Below, piece after piece: positions 1 to 12,556 of a stretch of 64,000 nucleotides of DNA. Numbering within the stretch: position 1 is the stretch's first letter; each line of letters begins with the position of its first letter. Source of the DNA: Pecten maximus (Eukaryota); NCBI RefSeq assembly GCF_902652985.1, contig NC_047019.1, forward strand, positions 14,382,097 to 14,446,096. The letters run 5' to 3'. Under the pieces are notes generated by a model that worked only from the letters and a program-made list of their open reading frames with translations, made no database searches and was not told the origin of the DNA. Both the position numbers and the translations under genes were made by a program.

Positions 1-154
1 GTTTAGTTTCGTATCTTCAGATCCTCATTACCAACTGTCATAAAACACAAAGATAATACCACATTTTCTCAATTGCTCCGTGAATTTTTCTATTTGTGTG
101 AAATTTACTGAAAAGGAACTAGAAATCCTTTTAGGCTGAATAGTTATAACTTAC

Positions 155-3100
155 ATTTCCGACAACTCCGGCGGCGTCCGAGGAAGGTGTTGCCGTCCTG
201 GCTGTAGGTTACAGTATAGGTAAGTGTGTAGTAAGAGGAAGAACGGTAACTCTGTGTTGCCACGCTGTACACTGTCGATACGTTACCAAGATCCACCTAA
301 ACATACAAGTAATGCTATCCATTATACAAGAGTTTATATAGTTAAACGATCAGCATGGATGGTTTAACTAATATCTTAAAAGTTTTCCAATCTTGTTTCC
401 CTTAAAATCGCATTACCTCATAACATTTGAAATAACGTCACCATTTGTAAAGTCGCTTTTGACTGGCTACAAGAGCTGCGTAGTAATTCCTCCGAGGAAA
501 GAGATTTGTTACATGTTCTCATGACGTTATATCATATTTTCCTCCGAAACGTAAATACCTTATAAAAAAGTCTTATATTTTTCCCCAAACATTCTTCAAA
601 GAGGGTGAAAATGCACGTTAATCAACATATATTTTCCAATTGCTTGATAATGTTGTGATGATGCTATTTCTAAATTTTCCACAATTTATATGTTTGAATG
701 ACCGCGTGTACCTATTATATAAGACGAAGATACTCAGGAGCGTCAAACTCAAGACCTATGATCCCTAGGGTGTCGACTTGCCTCAGTGATAACAGCCTTT
801 TTTCCTTAGGTGAGTTGGTGAGTTCGAATCCCAGTCAGAGTGCAAACCGAACATTATCTCTCTTCATCATTGTGTTTTTCTCCCTTCATCATTTGTGTTT
901 CTATTCTATGTATCTAATTATTGAACACTATGGCAATTGTATGTTAAAAAAGAGTGTTGCAGATTCGACATGTACTAAAGACACACACTGTTAGCACCTC
1001 TCAGAACAAAATGATAGCTAGAACCGAAATGAATTAAACCACAACATACACATATATCGTTGTGTCTAGGACTAGTTAGTGATGATAAGGGGCCTAAAGT
1101 GTTGATCATATATAGGAGGCGAGCAGTAGATCGAATAAAATGCTTAAATCTGGATAAGTAGGTTCACAATATCCCTTATTCAAGGTTAATGTAAGTAGCA
1201 AATCCCGCGGTATTTATGTCAACAGCAGAACCCATGGTTAACCATAATGCTTACGAACAATGGTTACATCTGTTCTATTGCAACGGAGTATATAATGATT
1301 TATATGCCTGTGAACTATCAATATATTTGCTCTACAGATGAATCCTAGATAAATGTATTAGATTTCGCATTGAAGGTAACATACATGATTTTTATTAATA
1401 TATATTTGATACGCCCATACTACATGTGATACAGTATACAACATACCTGTAAGTATGACCCAGATCCATTCCCTATCCATCCCGTCTTTGAGTTCAGGCG
1501 ACCATCGTGGGCGTTGTAGGTGCTATAGGTCAAGTGAGCTGACAACTGGGCGTCGGGGATGTTTTTAACGTTCTGATCCACTCCGAATGCGCGCAGAGAA
1601 CAAACTAACCAAGTAGATATCATTATTAACACATTAAACTGAATATAAGGTTAATATCAGTAAAAGGCGTACAGGGAATAATCCGCAAATAAATGAAGTA
1701 ATATCATTATTTATACAAGGTCCGTCAAAAAACGGGAGATAACTCACTTGATTCACATCTGTCCCCGCCATATCCCTTGGGACAACTACAGGTGAATTTA
1801 TTCAGGTCATCCGTGCATGTTCCACCATGCTCACATGGGTTGTTTTTACACTGGTCCTGTTCTGAAAGAACATTTTATACTGTTTTTATTCTGGGTAAAA
1901 TTTTTGAAGTATATGAATCTTAATCAATAATAAATAACAAGATATAAAGTTAAATAATTAAACAGTTATATATAAATAACTATAGATTGTAATGATGGCA
2001 GAACTTTCAACTTCTGAATTAATAAGGTTTAATTCTATGCATCCTGTCTCTGGGATATTAGAATCAATTAAACGAGAAGATCAAACAATTCTATGGAACA
2101 GACCCCGGATGTTGATGCTGAAGGATCCGTCAGCATATTTTCCGTGAATATCGGTGGCGCGAATTTCAAAGTGGTAGGTAGCATCCACGTCGGGAGCAGT
2201 TCCGGATATCACCCCGGTTGCATTATTGAGTGTAGTGCCGGGAGGGAGGTGACCGGATACTACTTCGTACACAATACTTTGACCGTCAGGATCCTGTACG
2301 ATTATAAAGGTTACATATTAAAAATCAGAAGATGTTATAAATAACGGTCACGTAACAATTGTCTTTCATAGCAGTTGTTTTGCTCTTGGTTTGAAATGTC
2401 ACGTGACATAATGCAAGGAGTTCATACTGCATCGATTTACGTGATATTTCTACAGGATATAGAAGTAGATAATGAAGGGTTACTTACCCTCGCTTCTGCG
2501 GATACCGAGAGTGATTTCCCTGCGTTGAATGTACCCAGTGACCCATGAACAGACTGCTTTGTCCAAATAGGGGGTAGGCTCTTCACTTTCTGAAACACGA
2601 ACATCCTTAATCAAACGTGGGAAGGTATTTAGTCTATTTAATTATCATTAGGCAAAAGTTGCTTCGCCATCATAGGAATCGGAGTTAATGCAATCTCTAA
2701 AATAAAATATGGTATTCTTTCATGGGAATGTCAATGAAACTTCATCTGAAAGTTTAGTTGTTTTAAATCATACCTCGGTCGTTATTTGACGTCATCTTTA
2801 ATATCAAGCTTGAAATCTCTGAAAAGAAATTCTAGACTTTAAGTTTAAAAACAAAACAATCCATTTTCCTTCATGGCAATCCCTCCCTGATTACACAACA
2901 AATCATGCATATAATACTATAATAGAATTGGTAGTCATATCAGTATGCTTTATTGACCAACCTCGATGATTTTTCGCAGGTCCACACCGGCTATGTAGAC
3001 GGTTCCACCAGCCCCAGGCTTCAGGATAACATCTCCACTCTGGCCAGCCTGAAGAATAGTATTGTTTTCATTGGGAACTACTCTAAATAAACAAGTAACA

Positions 3101-3767
3101 GTATGCAAAACGCAAACATATGCGTTTGTGAGGCACAAGTCAATCATGCTTTCTGTGTTGTTGCCATTTCAGTAAATTATTGTTCGTGAAAAATAGATCG
3201 CAGTTGTCTGATGTTAAAGTGGTAAAACTGACATTAACATGTGTGCATCTGAAGAATACAATTTGGTATAGGTGCGAAAAATAGCCCCGTACATATTAAC
3301 TCGTACATAACCTGCATATTCACATCGATACCCATAGTGCCCCAAACTCCGAAAATATTGGTCATGAATAAGTGTGAATTACAAATTATTATATACTGTC
3401 AAATACATATGTATTTTGAAATTGCTTACTTGCAGGATTTAGAAATAAACTGACGTTAAACAGAAATACATTAAATCATGATGATGCTGTAGTTAAAACG
3501 GACCATATACAAACAGGAATTGAACAAAGAAAAAAAGGATAAAGACTTTAGCCTACCTCAAATATCAGGTCCCCGTTTGGTTCTGAAGATATGTTTACAT
3601 TTGGATAATCTATCTGGAAAAAACTGTAAAAAAAATTATATGAAAGTCGGTATAGAATACAAATATCAGGGACAAATTAGTATTTTCGATATTTAAAGTA
3701 TATTATTCCCTTACCTGGATGTAACGAGTGTTGGCAATATTACGAAAATCGCGTACATTGCCGCCAT
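155..3767 (-). CDS. Paralog A: secreted CADG(He_PIG)-EGF-discoidin domain protein, multi-exon, 3' terminal exon lies upstream of window start
   Basis: Exons on the minus strand with GT-AG boundaries: 3715-3767 (ATG plus signal peptide MAAMYAIFVILPTLVTS), 3557-3623 (..QIDYPNVNISSEPNGDLIFE), 2962-3048 (AGQSGDVILKPGAGGTVYIAGVDLRKIIE), 2488-2589 (KVKSLPPIWTKQSVHGSLGTF..), 2104-2293 (He_PIG/CADG: DPDGQSIVYEVVSGHLPPGTTLNNATGVISGTAPDVDATYHFEIRATDIHGKYADGSF), 1748-1861 (EGF: QDQCKNNPCEHGGTCTDDLNKFTCSCPKGYGGDRC), 1447-1604 (discoidin part 1: CSLRAFGVDQNVKNIPDAQLSAHLTYSTYNAHDGRLNSKTGWIGNGSGSYLQ), 155-296 (discoidin part 2: VDLGNVSTVYSVATQSYRSSSYYTLTYTVTYSQDGNTF..). Exon sizes and phases match paralogs B, C and D. 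Exon 155-296 is 2 nt shorter than its counterpart in paralog C, which is a possible frameshift. Confidence 0.7.
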
Positions 3768-6002
3768 GATGGATTTCTATCTTTTTAGTTACCGGAAACT
3801 GTTCCTTTAGACCGCTATCCCGGCTCAGATTGTGTCGGATACGTTAATCAACCCATTTCAGTATCACCATGCCAACATAAATGGGTGACACAGGTTGGGG
3901 CCAAGGTTGGATCCGTACTGTTATTTGTTGTTCTAAAACCAGGCTAATCCTCGGGCGTAGTTTACGTCTACGCAATGTTTCCGAATCTACGTAACCTAAC
4001 AACGAGGCATGGAGCAATGACAAAGCTAAAAGACACGAGTACCTTCCACAGAACTTCCTTGTTCTATATTTTTCGTTCTAATTGATCTCTCTTGTCCTAA
4101 ATCTCAGACAGTAACCCAGCAACAGGCGATAGGTAAGAATAGTGTGACTAGGCGGATTGCGAATGTCAAATTCTCCCTAGAACCTTACAATGTCGTGTGT
4201 GTCACTTGTATTCGTTGTGTTCATAATAGTGTTACGTTGGTATTCATCCCGATTAATGCCACCATTGCACAGTAATTAATATGATAAAATGCACAGTTTA
4301 AATGTGATTTCCTTATCTCTGTTTACGTAAAGCTATCTATTGTCTACTGTGAATTAATTTGCTAGTCTTAACTATTATTAATGACGCATATTAACTCGAC
4401 GTCTACTGTGCTTTAAATGATCCTTTGCCCATTGGGTCTGCTTTAATAGGTTGTGATATTTGTATGTTTTATCTTTTGTTTCTATTAGTTACGTTTAAAC
4501 GTAGGTAACGTGTGAAAAAGCCTTTACAGAGTTAGGCCTTTTTTTATTTTTTTATTTTTAAGAAACCCCAAAAAACAAAGAAAAAAACAATAGTGAATAT
4601 ATCGTAAAACCAAACACTAATTATAACTCAAAAACATTAACTGATGGAAAAATATGAACGAAGAATAGAAAAATTTAGAAAGTTGTCCCTGATGATTATG
4701 TTGTAAGTAAAGGTCAAGGAAACCGGCTGATGATAAAGAAAATGTAATGTCTTTGGTTTCAAGTCCTAAAGAGCATATCCTCAGCTAGGTCAATAAAGTG
4801 TTTGCTATCAAAAACAACACATCGACAGCATACACAAAAGTGAAACTGAATGACTTTGCAAGGTCTACGCTACCTTTAGCCATAGCTATTCTTGCCAAAC
4901 GTTAAGATGATGTAAATATGACGCTTGTTTTGTCTAAAGAATACCTGATAACTGCTTGCATCTAATTTAGATGTAATTCGTGAGAAGTTTCTATATTTAC
5001 TCAATCATAGTTGAATATCATTTCGCCATCGGTTCTTGCTCCCGCCCTTGATTTGTATAAGAAACTTTGCCATAATTTAATATCAGTTTACCATCGGTCC
5101 TTTCTGCCGCCCATGAAATACGAAACTTACGAAACTTCCCTACTTCGATCTCAAGCGATCCTAATTAGGTCATACTGATACAAAACTATTAGGCTGTTCA
5201 CTGGATGTCCTCGTGGATCATATCATGACCGAGTTAACGGCACCATCATGCATTTGTTAAAAAAAAAGAATTTCCACATAATTTACTTTGCAGATGTCTT
5301 TAATACGAATTGAGCAAGGTCTATTCATTAATATTTGAATTCATTATGTTTATCTCAAATTTTACCAGTAATGTTGACATATTAAAGTAGGAAAAGTAGC
5401 TATATATTTATTTCTATACATGAACTTTTATAGGATTGAAATTTTCTTTGCTGTTTTGTGTTATTTTTTTAGCCTTTTTCCCTTTCACTTTTATGCCGCA
5501 ACAATGTATAGTCGTGGAAATACCGTGCGTTTCGGCTAGTATAGTTGATTATGCTTCCACATATTCCACATATTTCTACTTAATCTCTCATTATGGCTAA
5601 AACACGTAGACAGAGAAAACCGCCCGTTCCAGGAACATCCTTACTTCACCACCTTTGTTCAGTGGAATTTTAATTGCCATCCTGTTATTCCTTTAACAGT
5701 TTTTATTTTGTAATTGTGTGTAACAGTCTGGGTTTATTTTGTCTATTTTGTTTCGTTCTGAAAACCACCTTAGTAAAAAAAATGTAAAATGTTTCAAGGA
5801 ACTGATGAGTCGCTATACCGCTAAACGCAGTAGACACATACAGGATATTTTATCCAGGTAAATTCGGCGGTACTGGATTTATTGACATTCCAGGTTAAAC
5901 ACTCACACTTCTCCTGTCCCGGCTGATACTCTGCCTACACAAACATGCCAGTGTAATAGTAATTACTGACATAAACTTGCTTCGAAGAACAAAAAAGCAG
6001 AA

Positions 6003-9000
6003 ATGGCTTTGATTATTGGAATTACATCCATATCTTTATGTTTAATTACATCAGCCATTGCCGGTTCTCCTGGCGAGTAAGTATTTGTTTATCTATTTTC
6101 ACTTACATTACACTCATTGATGAGCATAATTTAAATGTTGTCTCGGCGGAAGTGACGTCACAGTCTGTTTTGCTTTTATGTACAGGTACATCACATTTAA
6201 AACACAATTCTAATTTTGTGAAATTCAAAATAAAGAACACATTTAAACTGGTGACAAATTGTTGACAACACAGAAATTCGTTTAATTAGATAGTTTATAT
6301 ATATCAAAGATTTCCTTATATGTAGTTGCAATATAATAATAAAGATTCAACTTGAATATATATTTTTATTATGGAGTTATAACACACAAAAACGGAGTGA
6401 ACTCACATCATAAAGCGCTTTGCGGGTTACTTAGAGTACATGTACTTTGCTTTTGGGTTATAGCTCCGTATAACACAAACAATATTTTCACGTTAATTCT
6501 TAGATAATATATTTCTTTATTGTATTGTATGTACTATCAATTTTCTTATTTTTGATTTACTTAACCTAATTCAGGTAAAAATTTACTTTAATTGTTGGAC
6601 TCGTTTCTTTAGAAATGGTTCTACAGCTGTATCAGTCAACCAAAGGCGACGTTCACAACGTTTACGTTATTGGCTGATATCATAAGTTCTCAAGCCAATG
6701 AGCATGCTTGTTAGATATATCATAGGATAATGAATTAATTTAAGGGTCCATATTATTTTTATTGTTACTCCGTCTGTAAGTCTCTTTCACCTTTTCAATA
6801 TAATATTTCTATTATACTACAACGTGTTTGATAACACGTGACTGCTTATCCCAAACCTCACAAATATGAGATTACAGATTCATTATGACGTGGTGACGTC
6901 ACAAAGAGATATAATTTTTTCTCATATTGACTAAAAATCTGTTGCAGAAAATAATTGAACAATGAATATATGCAAAAACATTCATTACAGAAAAACAAAA
7001 TTAAAACTCAATAAAAAAATCTCTTATGAAAACTGCTGTATACATATATAGTTCATCCTTTTTGAATAAACGTGTTACTTTTATTTAGCGTTCTCCAGCT
7101 GGACTATCCAAATGTGAAAATAGCTGCCCAGAAGAATGGAACATTTTTGGGACAGGTATGATCAGATTTGAAGTAGTGAGAGTATCGACTATATGTAATA
7201 TGTACAGTTGAGAAGAGTGGAAGCATTTAGGTATCCACCCTTCATTTTCCGTTCTGCTTTCGTTTAGGGCTGCTATTAAATCTATATAAAAATCGTTAAG
7301 AGACGAGTTTCTCATATATTTATGCATAAAAACAATTATCAATATTAAAGCATTCATCATCAGTTATTATGACATATGTTGTTTTTCATGCTTAGGTTAA
7401 CACTATATTATGCACTATACAGTTTTCATCAAAATCAATACGAACAATGAAATATAAAGACATTTCGGTGTTTTAATACAAAGGTAAACAATGACAAAGC
7501 AATGCAAATAAATAATTATTGAGATTTATTTTGTACAATTATTTATGTACAGTACAGTATACCTATATTTATTAGTCGGGACAGAACGGCGACATCTACA
7601 TCCAGCCAAAACGAAACGGCTCAGGAACAGTAATGTTTGATGGCTATGATCTCCAGGAAATTATTGACGTACGTGTATTAGTTCATCAAAACTCATCCCA
7701 CCCAAATTATCTTATCAACTCGGTCATATCCCTTTAGTATAAAGATATTCATAACCACAGCTCTATTTTGTGATGTTCTGTAACCATTGATTTGACGTCA
7801 TATATACCGTACTAATTGCGAATACGTAACACATTTAAATAGCTTCACTATAAAGTGTATAAAATATTGATACTGAATATAGACATATATGTCAACCTAC
7901 GTCTACATACCATCTACTACCAACTTGAAACCAAAAAAGGACGTTAAACAAAATAAACAAAACCAAAAGTAGTCGTAGTAAAATAGAACTTCATGCGTAT
8001 GTAACAATTAGTAAAAAATTATGTGTGAGGTTTTGGTGACTTTACGGCGGCATCGGAAGACCAGAAAACGCATGCTAGAATGTCATTCAAATCGGCTGTT
8101 AAATTCACTTGAATCAAATGAGTACAAACTTATATAAATTGATTCGAAAACAGTAAAAGTTTACTAGGTGTTTATAGATGAAACTATCCATTGCTTGTTA
8201 TAGATCATCAACAATATGCCTCCAATATGGCGTCTACATGGACATGTCGGCTACTCGGGGACGTTTGAGGGTGGCTCGGGCATAGCGATTCCTCTGGAAG
8301 TGTTGGTAATCATTGATTTTCACTTCAACAGAAACCATTACCCTATCGTGAAAATTAAAAAGGGAATCTTAATAACTCAGTTTATCTTTCCTTCATGTAG
8401 GCTCTCTTCTTTTGGGTTAGGTTTGGGGTTTGGGTTCAGTTGTGATAAATTCTTCGAACAATGGAGAGAGCGTTTTATTGTGGATTTCTTAAAACATTGG
8501 CACTGCTTTAAACTTTTTATAATTTTACAGGACCCCGAAAGTCAGGACGTTCGCTTTGAACTTGTTGCTGGAGATTTTCCTACCGGTCTAAGTATAGTGA
8601 AAAATCCCTGGAGAATTCAAGGTATTGTCCCGGATGAAGACGCCATTTTCACGTTCACCATCCGGGCACTTGACACAAGTGATAAGTACGCCGATGCAGT
8701 TTTCAAGATAGAAACACTAGGTATTTAGACGTGATCATAACTGTTTTATTTACATAATGGCGTATTTATAAAAAAAAAACCTACAAGGAGGAAAAATGCA
8801 CGCCAATATTTGTACATATATGAGAATTATGATGCCTATTACTTTGAGATATAGATTAATATATTTGTTGTTCAACTATTTCTTAACATGTGTTCTTAAT
8901 ATGTTGATGATGTTGATACAGAGGTAGACCAGTGTGTCCGTGAAATGTGCCACAACAATGGACAATGTAATAATACCAACACTCTTCGTGGGTTTACCTG

Positions 9001-10934
9001 TACATGCCCGACGGGGTACGGGGGACCAACTTGTGATGTCAGTAAGTGTATCGCTTTCTTCTCTCTGGTCTATCAAACAAAAATATTTCTACCACAATAC
9101 GGTGTGTTATTTAACTCTCAGACCATCAGTTAATCATTACAGCTGTTGATTAACAATCTGTTTATACCACACGTGGTATAAACTCTGTACGCATTTTGAT
9201 TGGCTAACAGGGTGAACTTTGACCCAAGCTGCAATTGTTATTGACGTCATCAATAATCTAATGACGTCACATCACCGGGTCCCGGACGTCACCGGTACAC
9301 TTTATTTGCATACGCGAAATTATACTTGGCCACGTTTCCCTTTGATTCAAGCCGATATTATTGTGGTAGAAACAGGTCACACGACTCGAAAATTGTTGGA
9401 TATGGAATTTATTTCACACGGGTAAGTTATTTTTTAAAAGTTGCAAAAAACACTCGCTAAAGCTCGTGTCTTTTGTAACTTTTAAAAAATAACTTACCCG
9501 TGTGAAATAAATTCCATATCCAACAATCACTCGTTGCGTAACGTCTATATATACATAACTCAATTTCAATTGCACTTTGTTATGTGATTTCCCTGATATT
9601 AATTTCTGTCAACATAAAACAAAATATAAATAATTATACACATGACTATTTGGCTATATTTTATTTGTCAAGGCTGTAACAGGACTGCTCTTGGTGTAGC
9701 GAACGCATCAGTGATCCCAGACGCACAGCTGAGCGCCTACCTCTCTCGGTATTTATCAAAGGCATTAGACGGTCGGTTGTCAAGAACCGGAAACCATTGG
9801 TGTGGTGAAAACGCCAACTCATGGTTACAAGTGGATCTGGGTAAATTAGTTTCACCATCTTATTTGCCCTTAAATGCATAGCTCCATAGCTTGAGCATGT
9901 CATGCAGGGTTTGTATAAACTTAATATTGGCTATAAACGTACGTCGTCTGCTTGTAATTATGCCCACTCAAATTATTGACCAAAACGAAATTAAACACAT
10001 TCACACCTTCACACCTTCATGGATTGAGGCACCCACAATACTTGCAGAGCGAGAAACGCTTAAATTATATAATCGCTGAATATGTGCGTTTACATGTGAT
10101 TGTATTGCAAACTTCAGCACATGTATTATTTCTGTATGAGAATAGTTACATAGCTGTTTGTATACTTGTGCTGCATTGTTATACCATATATACGTGTATG
10201 AGTACTGCAGCCTTACACAAGGAATACTTATATCATCACTAGGTAGTCAAGCACAGATATTCCTGATAGAAACAGCTGGGGCAAACTCAACGTTCTATGT
10301 GAAGACGTATACACTATCATACAGTACTGACGGAACCACCTTCGATATCGTAAACGATCTCAATAGTACCAGTGTACATGTAAGTATTGGAATATCGTAA
10401 TAATATCACTTATAACTCAACATCTCCTGATATCAATATTCACTAACAAGTTACATATTCATCAGCAACCATAGCAATATCATACGAGAAAACAAAGTAT
10501 CTACTAAAAACAACATTTTAAGTACAAAAGAAAAACAAAGCTTTCATCCCGTTTAATAATGATATTTTCACCCCCTCTCCCCCGTAATCTACACTAACTG
10601 GCATAAAATTGTGTATGGTACAGGACGACAGCAAAATAAGTTGAATGGATGCATTATCATCTTAATTACCTTGATGAAATCGGAATAACCAAATAGAACA
10701 TATCCCCCAATGCTGCAAACGTATTAAATAATATTATTATCCATTGATTAGCATAAGTTATGTTAAAACCATGTACGGTTTTATTGATTACAGACGTTTC
10801 AGGGTTCAATTAGTGCAGAGTACCAGTCCCTGCCTGAACCTATAGAAGCACGGTTTGTCCGGATCCACCCGAAAACCTACAAGAGCGGGTACTACCCCTG
10901 CTTTCAAGTTGAAATGTATGGATGTTGTCTTTGA
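6003..10934 (+). CDS. Paralog B: secreted CADG(He_PIG)-EGF-discoidin domain protein, apparently complete 9-exon gene
   Basis: Exons: 6003-6076 (MALIIGITSISLCLITSAIAGSPG, signal peptide, donor gtaagt), 7089-7155 (VLQLDYPNVKIAAQKNGTFLGQ), 7576-7668 (SGQNGDIYIQPKRNGSGTVMFDGYDLQEIID), 8204-8305 (IINNMPPIWRLHGHVGYSGTFEGGSGIAIPLEVL), 8531-8720 (He_PIG: DPESQDVRFELVAGDFPTGLSIVKNPWRIQGIVPDEDAIFTFTIRALDTSDKYADAVFKIETL), 8922-9041 (EGF: VDQCVREMCHNNGQCNNTNTLRGFTCTCPTGYGGPTCDV), 9673-9840 (discoidin: CNRTALGVANASVIPDAQLSAYLS..DGRLSRTGNHWCGENANSWLQVDLG), 10243-10379 (SQAQIFLIETAGANSTFYVKTYTLSYSTDGTTFDIVNDLNSTSVH), 10794-10934 (TFQGSISAEYQSLPEPIEARFVRIHPKTYKSGYYPCFQVEMYGCCL, stop). All junctions are GT-AG and phase-consistent. 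Confidence 0.82.
9393..9526. repeat. Perfect long inverted repeat (hairpin), 2 x about 50 bp with about 34-bp loop, in intron of paralog B
   Basis: TTGTTGGATATGGAATTTATTTCACACGGGTAAGTTATTTTTTAAAAGTT ... AACTTTTAAAAAATAACTTACCCGTGTGAAATAAATTCCATATCCAACAA. Confidence 0.8.
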
Positions 10935-12556
10935 TGGATTCCTTCCTCTTTCAAGTCGGATACGTAACTACTGGATCTAGCTTTCGCAACAGTCTGATAA
11001 TATAACAAATGATTTCACGATGTCAAAATTGCTTCCTTTTCTTTTGTCCAGCTTGTCTATTGTAAGCATCTCATTGAAATTCGATTGACTATTGTTTGAA
11101 TTACATGATGCATCTTTTATTACAAAAATAAATCTTTCTCAACATCAAAAAATCTCTGAATCTTGTGTGATGTACATTATATGCCTAGAAATGACAAGAT
11201 GACGTTGATATTAATTTCTCTCTTACATTAGGGTGTTATTCCACCACGGCTTTGCCATTACATCAGAAGTGAAAAATAGTTTCTGTACGAAACACACTCT
11301 GTTTCAGTTTTGATTTCCGTTAAAAGCTATATGAACTATAACTTAATCGTTAACCAAATATGCCCCATTTCTGCTTTGGTGGAAATAAGTAACCTTAAAA
11401 TCTAACTGAGGTCGGTTCAACGAAAAATGAAATTGCTTATTAAACCTGAACAATATAATATCGATGCATAAATAAAGTAAGTGTAACACTCAAAACTGGT
11501 TCAACAAAGATTCGCCAAAATATAGATTTTATGGAGCATTACAAAGGTAAGATGAGGAGAATAAAATCCGGTGTCTCGGAAAAGTAATGACAATCTGCTT
11601 AATTGATTACCCTAGTATGTTAGCGATCAAGGACATTTCATCCAGTTTATGTCACGCTGTCAAAATAAAGGCCATGGTGGTGACCAACAGACGTATCAAC
11701 GAGCATAGAACACGTTGAAGTACATATCAAACAAGAGAATAAATTACATTGATGTCCGCCTAACTAGCTGCGCCTCTTACCAGTGTTGTAAATGTTAAAT
11801 TTGATGGTAGACGTGTTTGGTTCTTGTTGACATACTTAGCAGTTCCATTGTCACTATACACTAGCTCTCACTTTGTAACTTGACCCATATTTGACCTAGA
11901 TTAGCGTTCCATGTGTCGATGATGAAGTGGAAGACGTTTTCCAGTCAAATCACCTGGTCTGTTCCTTGTAAGACCTGTGTGCAAATTCATGTTTGATGCT
12001 CGTACTTACACTCGTTTTATGTTTTTAATTTGATATTACGGGTTCCTTTTGTTTTTACTGAGGGAGTTTTTAGTTGTATTTTATATACAGTGATGTAGTG
12101 GCGTGACATAAAACAGTTATTTAATTAGATTAATTGATATCAACTAATATAGAGTATATGGGAAATGAGATTGCTCTTTTAAGAATGTGTACGACTAAAA
12201 GATATATGGGCCGATGAAATATTCAGGATACCGTTTTCCATTTCCTTGATAAATGTACAATTTGTTTTGCTGTAGAGTTTATTTATATTGTGGTTTCTAT
12301 ACATAATGAAGTTACAATAAATAGTCAGTAGGATCAATTTCTCCGTCAAGGAGTCTTACGGGAAATATACCAATCTATTTGAATTATTCAGAATTAAGAG
12401 TTGGGCGTTGCCCATTCTGTCTGTAGATGTATATTGAACGTTCAATAAATACGACGAGAAAAACATTTAAGTCTACGACTTTTTATTCTGATTTCATAAT
12501 TAAATTAAAACTAATGTTGCATGCATTGATCAACACTGATATCCGTTATTTACGAA

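Noticed and set aside
8216-8728. 170-aa plus-strand ORF, the longest clean ORF in the first 10 kb
   Set aside because: It is read-through across exon 4, the intron and the He_PIG exon of paralog B (its C-terminal part equals exon 8531-8720 and its N-terminal part equals exon 8204-8305 joined through intron sequence). It is not an independent gene.
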